A DNA stretch of 64,000 nt, taken from assembly GCA_035906055.1 (NCBI GenBank), contig JAMIFV010000005.1, positions 26,996 to 90,995 of the forward strand, given 5' to 3'. This document shows, piece after piece, positions 33,383 to 42,730 of this stretch. The number at the start of each line of letters is the position of its first letter. Position 1 is the stretch's first letter. The notes under the pieces were generated by a model, which had not been told where the DNA came from, made no database searches, and saw only the letters and a program-made list of their open reading frames with translations. Made by a program: the position numbers and the translations under genes. Source of the DNA: Alphaproteobacteria bacterium (GTDB lineage Bacteria > Pseudomonadota > Alphaproteobacteria > Rickettsiales > JABCZZ01).

Positions 33383-33769
33383 ATGGGATTTACCGTAAAT
33401 ATACATACAAAAAGAGAAGCAATGGCTGCTGTCAGGGCATCCGGCAATAATGTGTCCAATTTTGTGAGATTGCTGGATAAAGACGCGCTCCTTTTTTCCC
33501 TTAGCTACGCTATGCCGCAGGATAAAATCGAAGAGAACCGGCTCGCCGACTTTCTTAAGCACGCGGGACTTGAAAACAAGGGAGAGGAAAGAAAGATTTT
33601 GCAGCAATTCGATACGACGGATAGGCATACGCTTCTTTTCAGGGCGGATCGCGAACTGCTTACGCCGTTGCGCGGTTGTGGTATGATCGACGCTGCTACG
33701 GAACGCGCAATCAGAAGCAGCTTTGCTGCACATGAAAGAGCTGCAAGGGAGGCGAAGCGCGGCAAATGA
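33383..33769 (+). CDS. hypothetical protein
   Basis: ORF 33368-33769, with a GTG at 33368 and the first ATG at 33383. The stop overlaps the arsC start (ATGA). No motif recognised. Confidence 0.45.
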   Translation: MGFTVNIHTKREAMAAVRASGNNVSNFVRLLDKDALLFSLSYAMPQDKIEENRLADFLKHAGLENKGEERKILQQFDTTDRHTLLFRADRELLTPLRGCGMIDAATERAIRSSFAAHERAAREAKRGK

Positions 33770-34113
33770 GTGTCACCATCTATCACAACCCCAGTTGCGG
33801 CACGTCGCGCAATGTGCTGGCGCTTTTGAAAGAGAAGGGTATCGAACCCGAAGTGGTGGAGTACCTTAAAACCCCGCTGGATAAAAAAAGCCTGCATGCC
33901 TTGCTGAAGAAGATGAAATCATCCGCGCGTGACCTGCTGCGCCAGAAGGGCACGCCCTATGATGAGCTGGATCTGGGGAATGCAAAATGGAGTGAAGACC
34001 AGTTGGTTGCATTCATGGCACAGCATCCTATCCTCATGAACCGCCCGGTAGTGGTGACGGACAAGGGTGCCAAGCTCTGCCGCCCGCCGGAGGCGGTGCT
34101 GGAGCTGCTGTAA
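33766..34113 (+). CDS. arsC: arsenate reductase (glutaredoxin-coupled ArsC family)
   Basis: ITIYHNPSCGTSRNVL, HPILMNRPVVV and LCRPPEAVLELL are collinear with R773/E. coli ArsC as I recall it. Confidence 0.85.
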   Translation: MSVTIYHNPSCGTSRNVLALLKEKGIEPEVVEYLKTPLDKKSLHALLKKMKSSARDLLRQKGTPYDELDLGNAKWSEDQLVAFMAQHPILMNRPVVVTDKGAKLCRPPEAVLELL

Positions 34114-34243
34114 AAAAACCAACCATTGTCATGCCGTACAAGCGGTCAGTAGACCGCGCGATACGGTATCCATGCTGCATCCGCATGTGAGAAATGTGAC
34201 GCGGCAGCAGACCTGCAACTGTGCGTTCCAGCCTATGAAAGAT

Positions 34244-34287
34244 GGATTCCAGATAAACTCGCCTGCGGACTCGTTTTCTGGAATGAC
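34244..34287. repeat. short GTCATTCC...GGAATCC-type palindromic repeat
   Basis: ggattccagataaactcgcctgcggactcgttttctggaatgac. Same end motifs as 14496-14520 and 38454-38493. Confidence 0.7.
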
Positions 34288-34355
34288 AAAGGCATTCAGA
34301 TAGCCATGTAGAGCAACTTTTGACATTTACCCGTCAAAGGTTTATCCCTTTTTTT

Positions 34356-34925
34356 ATGACACTGATACTTCTGGATAACTACGACAGCTTTACCTATAAC
34401 CTGCTGCATTACCTTGGTGAACTGGGCAAGCAGGCGGAGGTGATCCGCAATGACGCCATCACCGTGGAGGCGCTGCTTGCCAAAAACCCCGAGGGCATCG
34501 TCATCTCGCCGGGGCCGGGCACGCCGGACGAATCGGGCATCTGCCTTGAACTGGTGAAGCAGGCTTCCGGCAAGGTGCCGCTGTTCGGCGTATGCCTCGG
34601 CCTGCAATCCATCGGCCAGGCGTTCGGCGGCAAGGTGGTGCGTGCGCCCAGGCCCATGCACGGCAAGATAAGCCCGGTCACGCATACGAATAAAGGTGTG
34701 TTCAAAGGCATTCCCAGTCCCTTCAACGCCACGCGCTATCACTCCCTCATCGTAGACCGTGCCACGCTGCCCGATTGCCTTGAAATCACCGCCGAGACCG
34801 AGGACGGGCTGATCATGGGCCTGCAACACAAACAGCACAACGTGCATTGTGTGCAGTTCCATCCCGAAAGCATCGCTTCCGAGCATGGGCATACTTTGCT
34901 GAAAAACTTCTTAGAGATGTTATGA
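34356..34925 (+). CDS. trpG: anthranilate synthase component II (glutamine amidotransferase)
   Basis: ORF trimmed to [23 protein letters not shown] (catalytic Cys) and VQFHPES. Confidence 0.9.
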   Translation: MTLILLDNYDSFTYNLLHYLGELGKQAEVIRNDAITVEALLAKNPEGIVISPGPGTPDESGICLELVKQASGKVPLFGVCLGLQSIGQAFGGKVVRAPRPMHGKISPVTHTNKGVFKGIPSPFNATRYHSLIVDRATLPDCLEITAETEDGLIMGLQHKQHNVHCVQFHPESIASEHGHTLLKNFLEML

Positions 34926-35950
34926 GCAATGAGATACAGCATTTCATCTCGCACATTGCCGGAGGCAGCCATTTAAGCCGCGCGCAGTCTGGCCGCGCCT
35001 TCCAGATCATCATGGCGGGCGGCGCCACGCCCGCGCAGATAGCAGCGCTGCTGGTGGGCTTGCGCGCCAAGGGGGAGTCGACCGGGGAGATAGCCGGGGC
35101 GGCCATGGCCATGCGTGCCAGGATGGATGCGCTCGCGGGTTTTTCCGACAGTATCGACGTATGCGGCACGGGGGGCGATGGCACGGGCATGCTCAACGTG
35201 TCCACCGCCGTTACACTGGTTGTGGCGGGGTGCGGTCTCAAAGTGGCCAAGCATGGCAATAAATCGGTTTCCTCGCGCAGCGGTTCCGCCGATGTGCTGA
35301 CGGCGCTCGGTGTGAACATACAGGCGGAGAAAGCGGCTGCGGAAAAAGCGCTACGCGATGCAGGCGTATGTTTCCTCTTCGCGCCGCTCTACCACAAAGC
35401 CATGCGCCATGTGGCGCCGGTGCGGCAGGAACTCGCCATGCGCACTATTTTCAATCTGCTGGGGCCGCTGGCCAACCCCGCCAAGCCGGACTACCAGCTT
35501 ATGGGCGTGTATGACCGTTCGCTATTATTGCCCATGGCCGAGGTGCTTTGTGCGCTTGGCAGCAAGGCCGCGTGGGTGGTGCATGGCAGCGACGGCGCGG
35601 ACGAACTCACGCTTACCGGCCCTTCGCATGTTGCGGCGCTCAACGGCGGCAAGATAAGAACTTTCACGGTAAACCCGCAGGACGCAGGCCTCACGCCCTG
35701 CACGCCGGAGGCGCTGGAAGGGGGCAGTCCGCAGTATAACGCAAAGGAGCTATCCCTTTTACTCAGTGGTAAAGCGTCCGCTTACCGGGATATTGTGCTG
35801 CTCAACGCATCGGCTGCATTGGTGGTTGCGGGAAAAGCAAAAGACCTGTTGGAAGGCGTGGGCGTGGCTGCGCGTTCCATTGATGAAGGGCGCGCCAAAG
35901 CAGCGCTTGCATCACTGGTAAGCATCAGTAACGAGACGAAAACAATATGA
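34922..35950 (+). CDS. trpD: anthranilate phosphoribosyltransferase
   Basis: ORF trimmed to the ATG overlapping the trpG stop (MSNEIQHF...). CGTGGDG, KHGN.S.SS.SGSADVL and NLLGPL.NP. Confidence 0.9.
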   Translation: MSNEIQHFISHIAGGSHLSRAQSGRAFQIIMAGGATPAQIAALLVGLRAKGESTGEIAGAAMAMRARMDALAGFSDSIDVCGTGGDGTGMLNVSTAVTLVVAGCGLKVAKHGNKSVSSRSGSADVLTALGVNIQAEKAAAEKALRDAGVCFLFAPLYHKAMRHVAPVRQELAMRTIFNLLGPLANPAKPDYQLMGVYDRSLLLPMAEVLCALGSKAAWVVHGSDGADELTLTGPSHVAALNGGKIRTFTVNPQDAGLTPCTPEALEGGSPQYNAKELSLLLSGKASAYRDIVLLNASAALVVAGKAKDLLEGVGVAARSIDEGRAKAALASLVSISNETKTI

Positions 35951-36729
35951 GCAATGTGCTGGCTACCATCTGCGACCTGAAGCGCGAGCATGTTGCACTG
36001 CGCAAACAGGATTGCCCGGAAGAAAAGCTGCATGCGGCGCTGGCATTCTGCCCGCCCACGCGGGGCTTCCGCCGCGCGCTCATTTCGCGCCCCGTGGGGC
36101 TGATCGCCGAGATCAAGAAAGCATCGCCCAGCAAGGGCGTCATCCGTGAGGATTTCAGCCCGCCCGATATTGCAGTCGCATATGAAACCGGCGGTGCGGC
36201 CTGCCTCTCCGTGCTGACCGACAAGCCCTATTTCCAGGGTGACGACAGCTACCTCGCCAGTGCGCGCAACGCCTGTTCGCTGCCGGTGCTGCGCAAGGAT
36301 TTCATGCTCGACCCTTACCAGATATATGAATCGCGCGTGCTGGGTGCGGACTGCATCCTGCTCATCATGGCGGCGCTGGAGAACAAGCTGGCGGCGGAGC
36401 TGGAACGCATCGCCGTGGCGCTGCGCATGGACGTGCTGGTGGAAGTGCATGACGAGGAAGAGTTGCAGCGCGCGCTGGAATTCCTCTCTTCGCCGCTGAT
36501 CGGCATCAATAACCGCAGCCTCAAGACGCTGGAAGTGGATATCGGCACCACGGAACGCCTCGCCAGAAAAGTTCCCGAAGGCAAGACCGTGGTCTGCGAG
36601 AGCGGCATTGCCACGCATCAGGATGTACGCCGCATGATGCGCGCTGGCGTGCATTGTTTCCTTGTGGGCGAATCGCTGATGCGCCAGAAAGACATTGTAA
36701 AGTCCACACGCGTATTGCTGGGGGAGTAA
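35947..36729 (+). CDS. trpC: indole-3-glycerol phosphate synthase
   Basis: IAEIKKASPSKG, LSVLTD...F.G, LRKDF and IGINNR.L. ATGA overlap with trpD. Confidence 0.9.
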   Translation: MSNVLATICDLKREHVALRKQDCPEEKLHAALAFCPPTRGFRRALISRPVGLIAEIKKASPSKGVIREDFSPPDIAVAYETGGAACLSVLTDKPYFQGDDSYLASARNACSLPVLRKDFMLDPYQIYESRVLGADCILLIMAALENKLAAELERIAVALRMDVLVEVHDEEELQRALEFLSSPLIGINNRSLKTLEVDIGTTERLARKVPEGKTVVCESGIATHQDVRRMMRAGVHCFLVGESLMRQKDIVKSTRVLLGE

Positions 36730-36730
36730 C

Positions 36731-37444
36731 ATGAATTTCGAGCACATACCGACGATCGAATGGGTGGCTTTTTTCTGGTTCCTGATGTGCTGGGTGGGCT
36801 ATGCGTACTTTGCCGACTATATGGGCAAACATCGTGGCACGCTGCTGGCCGTCATCAGCGAATACCGCCTCAACTGGATGCGCCAGATGCTCAAGCGCGA
36901 TAACCGCATGGTGGACGCATCGCTCATCGGCAACCTGCTGCGCAGCATTTCATTCTTCGCCAGCACCACCATCTTTATCGTGCTGGGTCTGTTTACAATG
37001 CTTAAATACCGGGCTGAGGCCAACACCATCCTCACTTCCATCCCCTATGCCGCAGAGAGCACGCCGCTCTTGTGGGAGGCTAAGATATTCCTGCTCGTGG
37101 TGATCTTCGTCTATTCTTTCTTCAAATATACATGGTCGCTGCGCCAATATAATTATGCCTGCATCGTGGTGGGGGCGGCGCCGCTGCACAGCGAGCGCGA
37201 GACACGTAAAGACCATTTTGAAGAATACGCGCGCAGCGCCGCAAGGCTTGTGAGCAATGCCGCGCGCCATTTTAGCCTGGGGCTGCGCGGCTACTATTTC
37301 GGCATGGCGGCGATAAGCTGGTTCCTCAATCCTTACGCGTTCATGGCAGCCAGCGCATGGGTGGTTATGGTGCTGTACCGCAGGGAATTCAGGTCCCTGG
37401 CCATTAAATACCTGTCCGACCCGGCGGTTTTCCGCGATAATTAG
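36731..37444 (+). CDS. DUF599 family membrane protein
   Basis: 237 aa. The N-terminal pattern W.GY..FAD......L......R..WM..M..R..R..D plus four TM helices matches my recollection of DUF599. Confidence 0.65.
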   Translation: MNFEHIPTIEWVAFFWFLMCWVGYAYFADYMGKHRGTLLAVISEYRLNWMRQMLKRDNRMVDASLIGNLLRSISFFASTTIFIVLGLFTMLKYRAEANTILTSIPYAAESTPLLWEAKIFLLVVIFVYSFFKYTWSLRQYNYACIVVGAAPLHSERETRKDHFEEYARSAARLVSNAARHFSLGLRGYYFGMAAISWFLNPYAFMAASAWVVMVLYRREFRSLAIKYLSDPAVFRDN

Positions 37445-37594
37445 GCCTGAAACTCAGGCGCTTATCAATCTTCATCGAACTGTCAAATTTGTAGCGTTTA
37501 AAATTTGCTATATCTTTAAATGTAAGATAGTTATTCCTGTGAATGATAATCGTTCGCAATAAAAACAACTACCGTACCAAGATCGCCCGTGAAG

Positions 37595-38428
37595 ATGGAC
37601 AAAGAAGAAAGAAATAAGCAGTTCGCTAACGACGTTGTGTATGCAGGCACACATCTTGCCGCATGCACAGTGCTGGACATTGCCATCGACCCGCATATCA
37701 ATCAATATGTGCAGGATAAACTTGCGCCTAGTTTCAAAGGGCAGGAAGTGCATGCGCGTAAAGCGGAGGTAATAAGCGATGTGTCCGCTTCCGTGATCTT
37801 TCTGGGATTGCAGCGATTCTTTCCCGGTGTGGTAAACGGTATCAAGAAGGCGATGAAGCCGTTGCTTAACCCCATTTATGAAAAGATAGGTAATAACCGC
37901 CTGCAGGAATGGGCGGAACGCCACCATGTCGATCCGGCTTCCAAGGAATTTCGTAATAAGCTTGACGAATGGAAAGACCAGCAGGCGGGCAACTTCGCCA
38001 AATCTTCCGTTATCGCTGGCTTAAGCGCAGCAGGGAATGTGGTCGCGCAGATAAAGCTGGGTAATCCACGCCCGAAATGGGTTATCACGACAGGAAAACT
38101 TTCCGGTGCTGCGGTAACTGTAGGTGTAATCCTTGGCGTACGTGCGTTAGCGCCGCGCGGCATGCATAAGGTGGATAAGAATATCAATAAATACGTGGCC
38201 ATGCCGCTCATCAACGTCACGCAGAAACTGTTCGGTGTGGCAGGCCTTGCGACGGAAGAAGACATAATATCAGCTCCGCCTTCGCAAAGCACGGCACCTG
38301 TTACACAGGCTGACACAGCAAAATGGGCGAAAGAAAAAGTGCAAAAGCTGGTGAGCGAAACCCCGTCTCCCGCGTCTTATAAACAGCGCGTGGACAACGA
38401 AGCGCGCGATGCAGCTATCGCTCGCTAA
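37595..38428 (+). CDS. hypothetical membrane protein
   Basis: ORF 37589-38428, with the first ATG at 37595. Several hydrophobic segments; no motif recognised. Confidence 0.45.
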   Translation: MDKEERNKQFANDVVYAGTHLAACTVLDIAIDPHINQYVQDKLAPSFKGQEVHARKAEVISDVSASVIFLGLQRFFPGVVNGIKKAMKPLLNPIYEKIGNNRLQEWAERHHVDPASKEFRNKLDEWKDQQAGNFAKSSVIAGLSAAGNVVAQIKLGNPRPKWVITTGKLSGAAVTVGVILGVRALAPRGMHKVDKNINKYVAMPLINVTQKLFGVAGLATEEDIISAPPSQSTAPVTQADTAKWAKEKVQKLVSETPSPASYKQRVDNEARDAAIAR

Positions 38429-38453
38429 GAGCATTCTTCATTTAGCCTATTTC

Positions 38454-38493
38454 GTCATTCCCATAATTCGCCCAAGCGAATTCAGGCGATGAC
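38454..38493. repeat. short GTCATTCC-type palindromic repeat
   Basis: gtcattcccataattcgcccaagcgaattcaggcgatgac, with an internal ttcgc-ccaa-gcgaa hairpin. Confidence 0.6.
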
Positions 38494-38501
38494 GGTTGAA
38501 A

Positions 38502-38660
38502 TAAAAAAAGGGCCAGAATTGCTTCTGGCCCCTAAAGTTTAACAGGGAGGCTTTCGTCCAGGAGTACAACTCAACCAGACGACCAGGCATTTCACCCGGA
38601 AGGTCTCTCAACAGGGAGTCAGAGACATTGCTGATCACGTAAGCGCTCAGCAGATAGTGT
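38502..38660 (-). ncRNA. candidate trans-acting sRNA with two CUCCCUGUU motifs and an intrinsic terminator
   Basis: On the minus strand a GC hairpin ggggccagaagcaattctggccc is followed by a run of seven T residues (complement of 38502-38533), giving a Rho-independent terminator. Upstream is the hairpin gtctct-GACUCCCUGUUG-agagac. A second copy of CCUCCCUGUU lies just before the terminator. A possible promoter is TTGCGC-19 nt-TAATAT (the -10 is the complement of 38666-38671). The 63-aa ORF 38447-38638 reads through the terminator and is unlikely to be coding. Confidence 0.35.
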
Positions 38661-38824
38661 TACTTATATTAATTTTTCCTTAAACGACCAGCGCAATTGG
38701 TAAGGATTAGATATGCTTTTAATGCATAGCAAGAAATATATGCCTTGTTAGTCATGCATAAAACGGAGTGTTGTTACTGTCCTGATAGATAAGCATCTAC
38801 AGCAACTTATCCTAAAAATGCTTA

Positions 38825-39044
38825 GGCTCAGGACTCATTGAACTCTTGCTTGCTTTTCCTCTCCCTCTTGAGGGAGAGGACGCGTTTGCCTTGGGTTTAG
38901 CTGCTTTAGCTAAGCCCTTAGGCAAACCGAGGTGAGGGGGCATTTACATTCACCCTCACCCAGCTACGGCTAAGCTGCTGCGCAGCAAAGCCTGCGCAAC
39001 CCTCTCCCGCTTTGCAGGAGAGGGGAATTAATGAGTCCTGACCC
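38825..39044. mobile_element. 220-bp MITE (family 2), copy 2, inverted relative to copy 1, flanked by TA
   Basis: Terminal inverted repeats ggctcaggactcat / atgagtcctgaccc, with TA at 38823-24 and 39045-46. The reverse complement aligns end to end with 15295-15514. Confidence 0.85.
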
Positions 39045-40136
39045 TAAGCGTCGTAGCTTGTGATGGAAAAGCGCTCCAATTCCCTGAGATATTCCTTTAA
39101 CGCCACCATTGCAACACACGGCATGGCCCCTGCACCGGCAAGCTGCCCCTGTGCAAGTTTGCGCGCGAGTATAATTGCTGGCACGCATGGTATCTGCGGG
39201 CCGTCGCCTTTGAGTGCAACGATGAACCAGCTACGTTCATGACCCCGTCCATCCTGCTTTGTGCCACGCAGGATCACATGCATGCCGCCATCTGCGCTGC
39301 CAAACCGGTCAAACCGGTGACTGGCCTTAAGCAGCCAAGGCGCATGCCGGGGAAGGTTCAGCGGTAATCCTAAACGCACCAGCCATCCAAGTGCCCAAAT
39401 GCAGCGGCGCGCATTCCATGCCCGCTGAGAACTGCACATGCTGTATGCCATACTGTAACGGAAAAAGGTCAAGGTCGGGAATATCGCAATTGGCCATCCA
39501 GCGGGTTCCCAGCACCGGATAATGCTGGCGGTATAAATCCTGCCAGCCATAACGGGGTCTGGTGTCTCCCTTCACGGGCTTTAGCTGCCTGCCGATATAG
39601 GTAAGTATGCCCTGTGTGGTAGCAAGGCCGCGTTCGGCCTTCTGGCCGGGGCTGATGCCGAAGCGCAAAGCGTCGATAGAGGCGAACTCATGCCGGTAAT
39701 GTTCCAGCACTGCCGAGGAAAGGCAGGGCACGGTGCTGGCTCCGCTGATGACCCATGTGCCCGCTGCTTTTGCCTGTGCATCCAGCGTGGTGATGCCGGT
39801 CACAAATTCCCTTCCGTCTGCAAGATCGATATAATGCACGCGCCCGGTTATGCAGGCTTGCGCTACGCGGTAATGCTTTAGCTGGAACGGGCCGCATGTG
39901 TTGATGACTACGGCAGGGCGTAAGGTTTGCAGATGAAGGCTTAAGCCCTGTTCTGCATCCAGTGCAGCGTAAGAGATTTCTACATCCGGATGCTGCTGCC
40001 TGAGCTGGTTTGCCAGCGCAGCGGCCTTTGCCTCATTACGCCCGGCGATAATGACCGGCACATGTGAACGCACCAGCGCAACGGCAATGCGCTTACCAAA
40101 ATTACCGTAACCGCCAAGAATAAGAACCTTATCCAA
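39044..40136 (-). pseudogene. saccharopine dehydrogenase-like NAD(P)-binding protein, split by a frameshift
   Basis: The N-terminal ORF 39327-40136 (MDKVLILGGYGNFGKRIA...) and the C-terminal ORF 39044-39550 (...WALGWLVRLGL...FGSADGGMHV...GDGPQIPCVPAIILARKL) are consecutive parts of one protein in different frames. The frames switch near 39393-39403 (catttgggcac). Confidence 0.6.
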
Positions 40137-41151
40137 TGTTCACCTCGGTTATGCGAAACGTGCCGCCATAGCGGTAGGTGATGCCAAACCACGGATGCAC
40201 CACATCCATCCACATGCGGAAGGATTCATCGTCGATGGGTTCTTCCCATGCATCGCCGCTGCCGAGGAACCATCCTAAAGGAACCGGTATGCGCAGGCCA
40301 AATACCCGCCATACATAGCCCAGATGCTGAAGCCGCACGCGGTTTCCTTCCCATGAATAACGGGCGCGCCATCCCAAACCAAAGCGCATGACATCCGTTA
40401 CCTCGCCATTATCGGAGCGTTGCAGGTAAGAGCGGAAGCGATATGGCGCATGGCCGGGAAAACGAAACAGGCGGTCAAAATAGAAGCGATCCGTGCCGAG
40501 CGGAGATACGAGGCGCACCGTCACCGGCACATTGCTGCCGCTATAAGGCACCAGTGCACCACATAGACGCATGAAAGGTGAAAGCAGGCGTGCAAGCCAT
40601 GAACGCTCGATCGTCATCTCGCCCTCGGCTATCACCACATCACCACTGGCAGCATTCACAGCATAATGTTTTTGCATGACGGGCGGCAACTGATCCCACG
40701 CTTGCCCGAAGATCGATTTGAAGAAAGGCTCTTTGGGTGGAGTATGCAGGTTGCGGATCTGGTCTACGCCTTTGAGCCGTAGCAACGCATTGCGGACGCT
40801 GCGGATAGTCGGGTAACAGAAACGCGAAAATGTTCTGGAACGAAAGAGCAGGGCGTTCATGCGATTGAACCAGCCGACCGGACTGCCCAGCAGCCCCATA
40901 ATCAGCATCACGTCGCCGCCGTGATAATAAGTGCCTGCGAATTTGATGACGGAACCTTCATCGAGGCTCAGGCCGCGCGCATTGATCTCTGCAATAACAG
41001 GGTGACGCGGTTCCTCCCTCGCATTGATCAGGTGCAGCGTGCCCACAGCCTCGCGAATGCGCAACGCCCGTGCCGCCGTGCGGCATAACGGGCATTCGCC
41101 GTCATAAACGTACCAGACATCTCCTTTGGCGTTGGCTGGTGGCTTTATCAT
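40129..41151 (-). CDS. DCC-type thiol-disulfide oxidoreductase (DUF393) fused to a DUF4166 domain
   Basis: ORF trimmed to MIKPPANAKGDVWYVYDGECPLCRTAA (CxxC of the DCC family). The C-terminal half is DUF4166-like. 8-nt overlap with the downstream saccharopine-dehydrogenase-like gene. Confidence 0.65.
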   Translation of the reverse strand: MIKPPANAKGDVWYVYDGECPLCRTAARALRIREAVGTLHLINAREEPRHPVIAEINARGLSLDEGSVIKFAGTYYHGGDVMLIMGLLGSPVGWFNRMNALLFRSRTFSRFCYPTIRSVRNALLRLKGVDQIRNLHTPPKEPFFKSIFGQAWDQLPPVMQKHYAVNAASGDVVIAEGEMTIERSWLARLLSPFMRLCGALVPYSGSNVPVTVRLVSPLGTDRFYFDRLFRFPGHAPYRFRSYLQRSDNGEVTDVMRFGLGWRARYSWEGNRVRLQHLGYVWRVFGLRIPVPLGWFLGSGDAWEEPIDDESFRMWMDVVHPWFGITYRYGGTFRITEVNIG

Positions 41152-41214
41152 AGCAGTTCCCTGTGTATGTAAGGATGTTATAGTTGCACAGCGAACCAAC
41201 TGCCAGAGGATTAC

Positions 41215-41679
41215 ATGGAATACCTGCTAGTGAAATGGGTGCATATCGTCAGTTCCACCATATTGTTTGGCACTGGCATCGGCAGCGCCTTTTTCATGTT
41301 CATGGCGAACCGGCGCAAAGATATGGCGGGCATGTATTTTGCCGTGCGGCATGTGGTTATCTCTGACTGGTTGTTCATTACGCCCGCAGTGATCATTCAG
41401 CTTGTCACGGGGCTGTATCTCATGCATCTGGGCGGCTATGGCCTTTCAGATAGTTGGATAATGTGGGGTCTTGTTTTGTATTTCTTTGCCGGAGCCTGCT
41501 GGCTGCCGGTGGTATGGATGCAGATACGCATGCGCGATATGCTCAAAGCTGCTCTGGAAACGGGAGCAGCGCTTGACCCACGCTACTGGATCTTTGACCG
41601 TTGGTGGATAATGCTGGGTTCGCTCGCATTTCCCGCGATAGTACTCGTGTTCTGGCTGATGGTGTCAAAGCCTGGCTGA
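41215..41679 (+). CDS. DUF2269 family integral membrane protein
   Basis: MEYLLVKWVHIVSSTILFGTGIGSAFF, with four TM helices. 154 aa. Confidence 0.6.
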   Translation: MEYLLVKWVHIVSSTILFGTGIGSAFFMFMANRRKDMAGMYFAVRHVVISDWLFITPAVIIQLVTGLYLMHLGGYGLSDSWIMWGLVLYFFAGACWLPVVWMQIRMRDMLKAALETGAALDPRYWIFDRWWIMLGSLAFPAIVLVFWLMVSKPG

Positions 41680-41689
41680 CCAGTGTTTT

Positions 41690-42085
41690 TTAAGGCATCA
41701 GCAACGCAGCAAGTTTATGTATCAGCGCGGGCGGCTGGCCATACAGCTCACGTTTGCCGCCCCATACGGGGTTGGGCCATGCGGCGTCCGTAGTAAAGCG
41801 CGCGATCACATGCACATGCAGTTGCGCCACCTGGTTGCCCAGCGCCGCTACATTGATCTTGTGCGGCGACACGGCAAGTTGCAGCGCGTCGCACGCTTTG
41901 GCGATGTTGTCCATCAGATGGTGGCGTTCAGCGAGGTTGAGGTCGGTCAGTTCACGTGCGCCCGCAATGCGCGGCACAAGTATAAGCCATGGGAAGAGGC
42001 GGTTATTCATCAGGAGGAAAGAGCAGAGCGATCCCTCATAAACGGGGAACGTATCGGCAGCGAGCCGTTCATCTAAAGCCCACAT
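41690..42085 (-). CDS. HIT family hydrolase
   Basis: Histidine triad QLHVHVIARF (HxHxHxx). 131 aa. Confidence 0.85.
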   Translation of the reverse strand: MWALDERLAADTFPVYEGSLCSFLLMNNRLFPWLILVPRIAGARELTDLNLAERHHLMDNIAKACDALQLAVSPHKINVAALGNQVAQLHVHVIARFTTDAAWPNPVWGGKRELYGQPPALIHKLAALLMP

Positions 42086-42094
42086 TGGCTAAAC

Positions 42095-42604
42095 CTAATC
42101 CTGACGGAAGGTGATGATGCGTTTTACTTCTTTTTCGACGATCTTCTGCACGATCAGGGGCAGGTTTTCGTCCAGCCAGCCTTTGAGCATGGGGCGAAGC
42201 GCTTCCAGCAGCAGGTCTTCCACCGTATTGCCGTTGCGCAACTCCGGCGAGGACACGCGCGGAACGGAGAGGTCTTTTTGCGTATTGTCCACGATCGGCT
42301 TGAGCGCTGCCGCCGCTGCGGTTGCGGCTTCGTCGGATACGAGGCCGTCGGTTGAGGGCGCTGCCGGAGTTTCCATAGGCTTCTTGCTCGCTGTTTTGGG
42401 AGCGGGTGCGGCTGTGGGCGGAGGGGCAGGCGGCGCAACCGGTGCCGCTTCCGCTTCTTCCTTGAACTGCGAGAGGTCGAGCACGTCCGCTTCCGCCGCG
42501 GGTTTCTTTTCCCCGGCAGGTTCGTCTTCTATGATGCGCTTGATAGACTGGAGAATGTCCTCCATCGATTCCGATGACGCGCCCGATGCAGCTGGTTCAG
42601 CCAT
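42095..42604 (-). CDS. popZ: PopZ-like pole-organising protein (DUF2497)
   Basis: N-terminal SMEDILQSIKRIIEDE, a Pro/Ala-rich linker and a C-terminal VEDLLLEALRPMLKGWLDENLPLIVQKIVEKEVKRI give the PopZ/DUF2497 architecture. Confidence 0.7.
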   Translation of the reverse strand: MAEPAASGASSESMEDILQSIKRIIEDEPAGEKKPAAEADVLDLSQFKEEAEAAPVAPPAPPPTAAPAPKTASKKPMETPAAPSTDGLVSDEAATAAAAALKPIVDNTQKDLSVPRVSSPELRNGNTVEDLLLEALRPMLKGWLDENLPLIVQKIVEKEVKRIITFRQD

Positions 42605-42730
42605 AATCTCCCTGTTAGTAACAATAGTTCATCTGTCTAGTGTGCAGACTTGCCGCTAGTATAATAAGTGACAAAAATTAAAAACCAAACAATTTGTTAG
42701 GGTTGCTACAGGGTTATGCTGGCACTGTGA

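Noticed and set aside
38447-38638. 63-aa ORF on the minus strand
   Set aside because: It reads straight through an intrinsic terminator hairpin and a short palindromic repeat. It is more likely non-coding (see the sRNA candidate).
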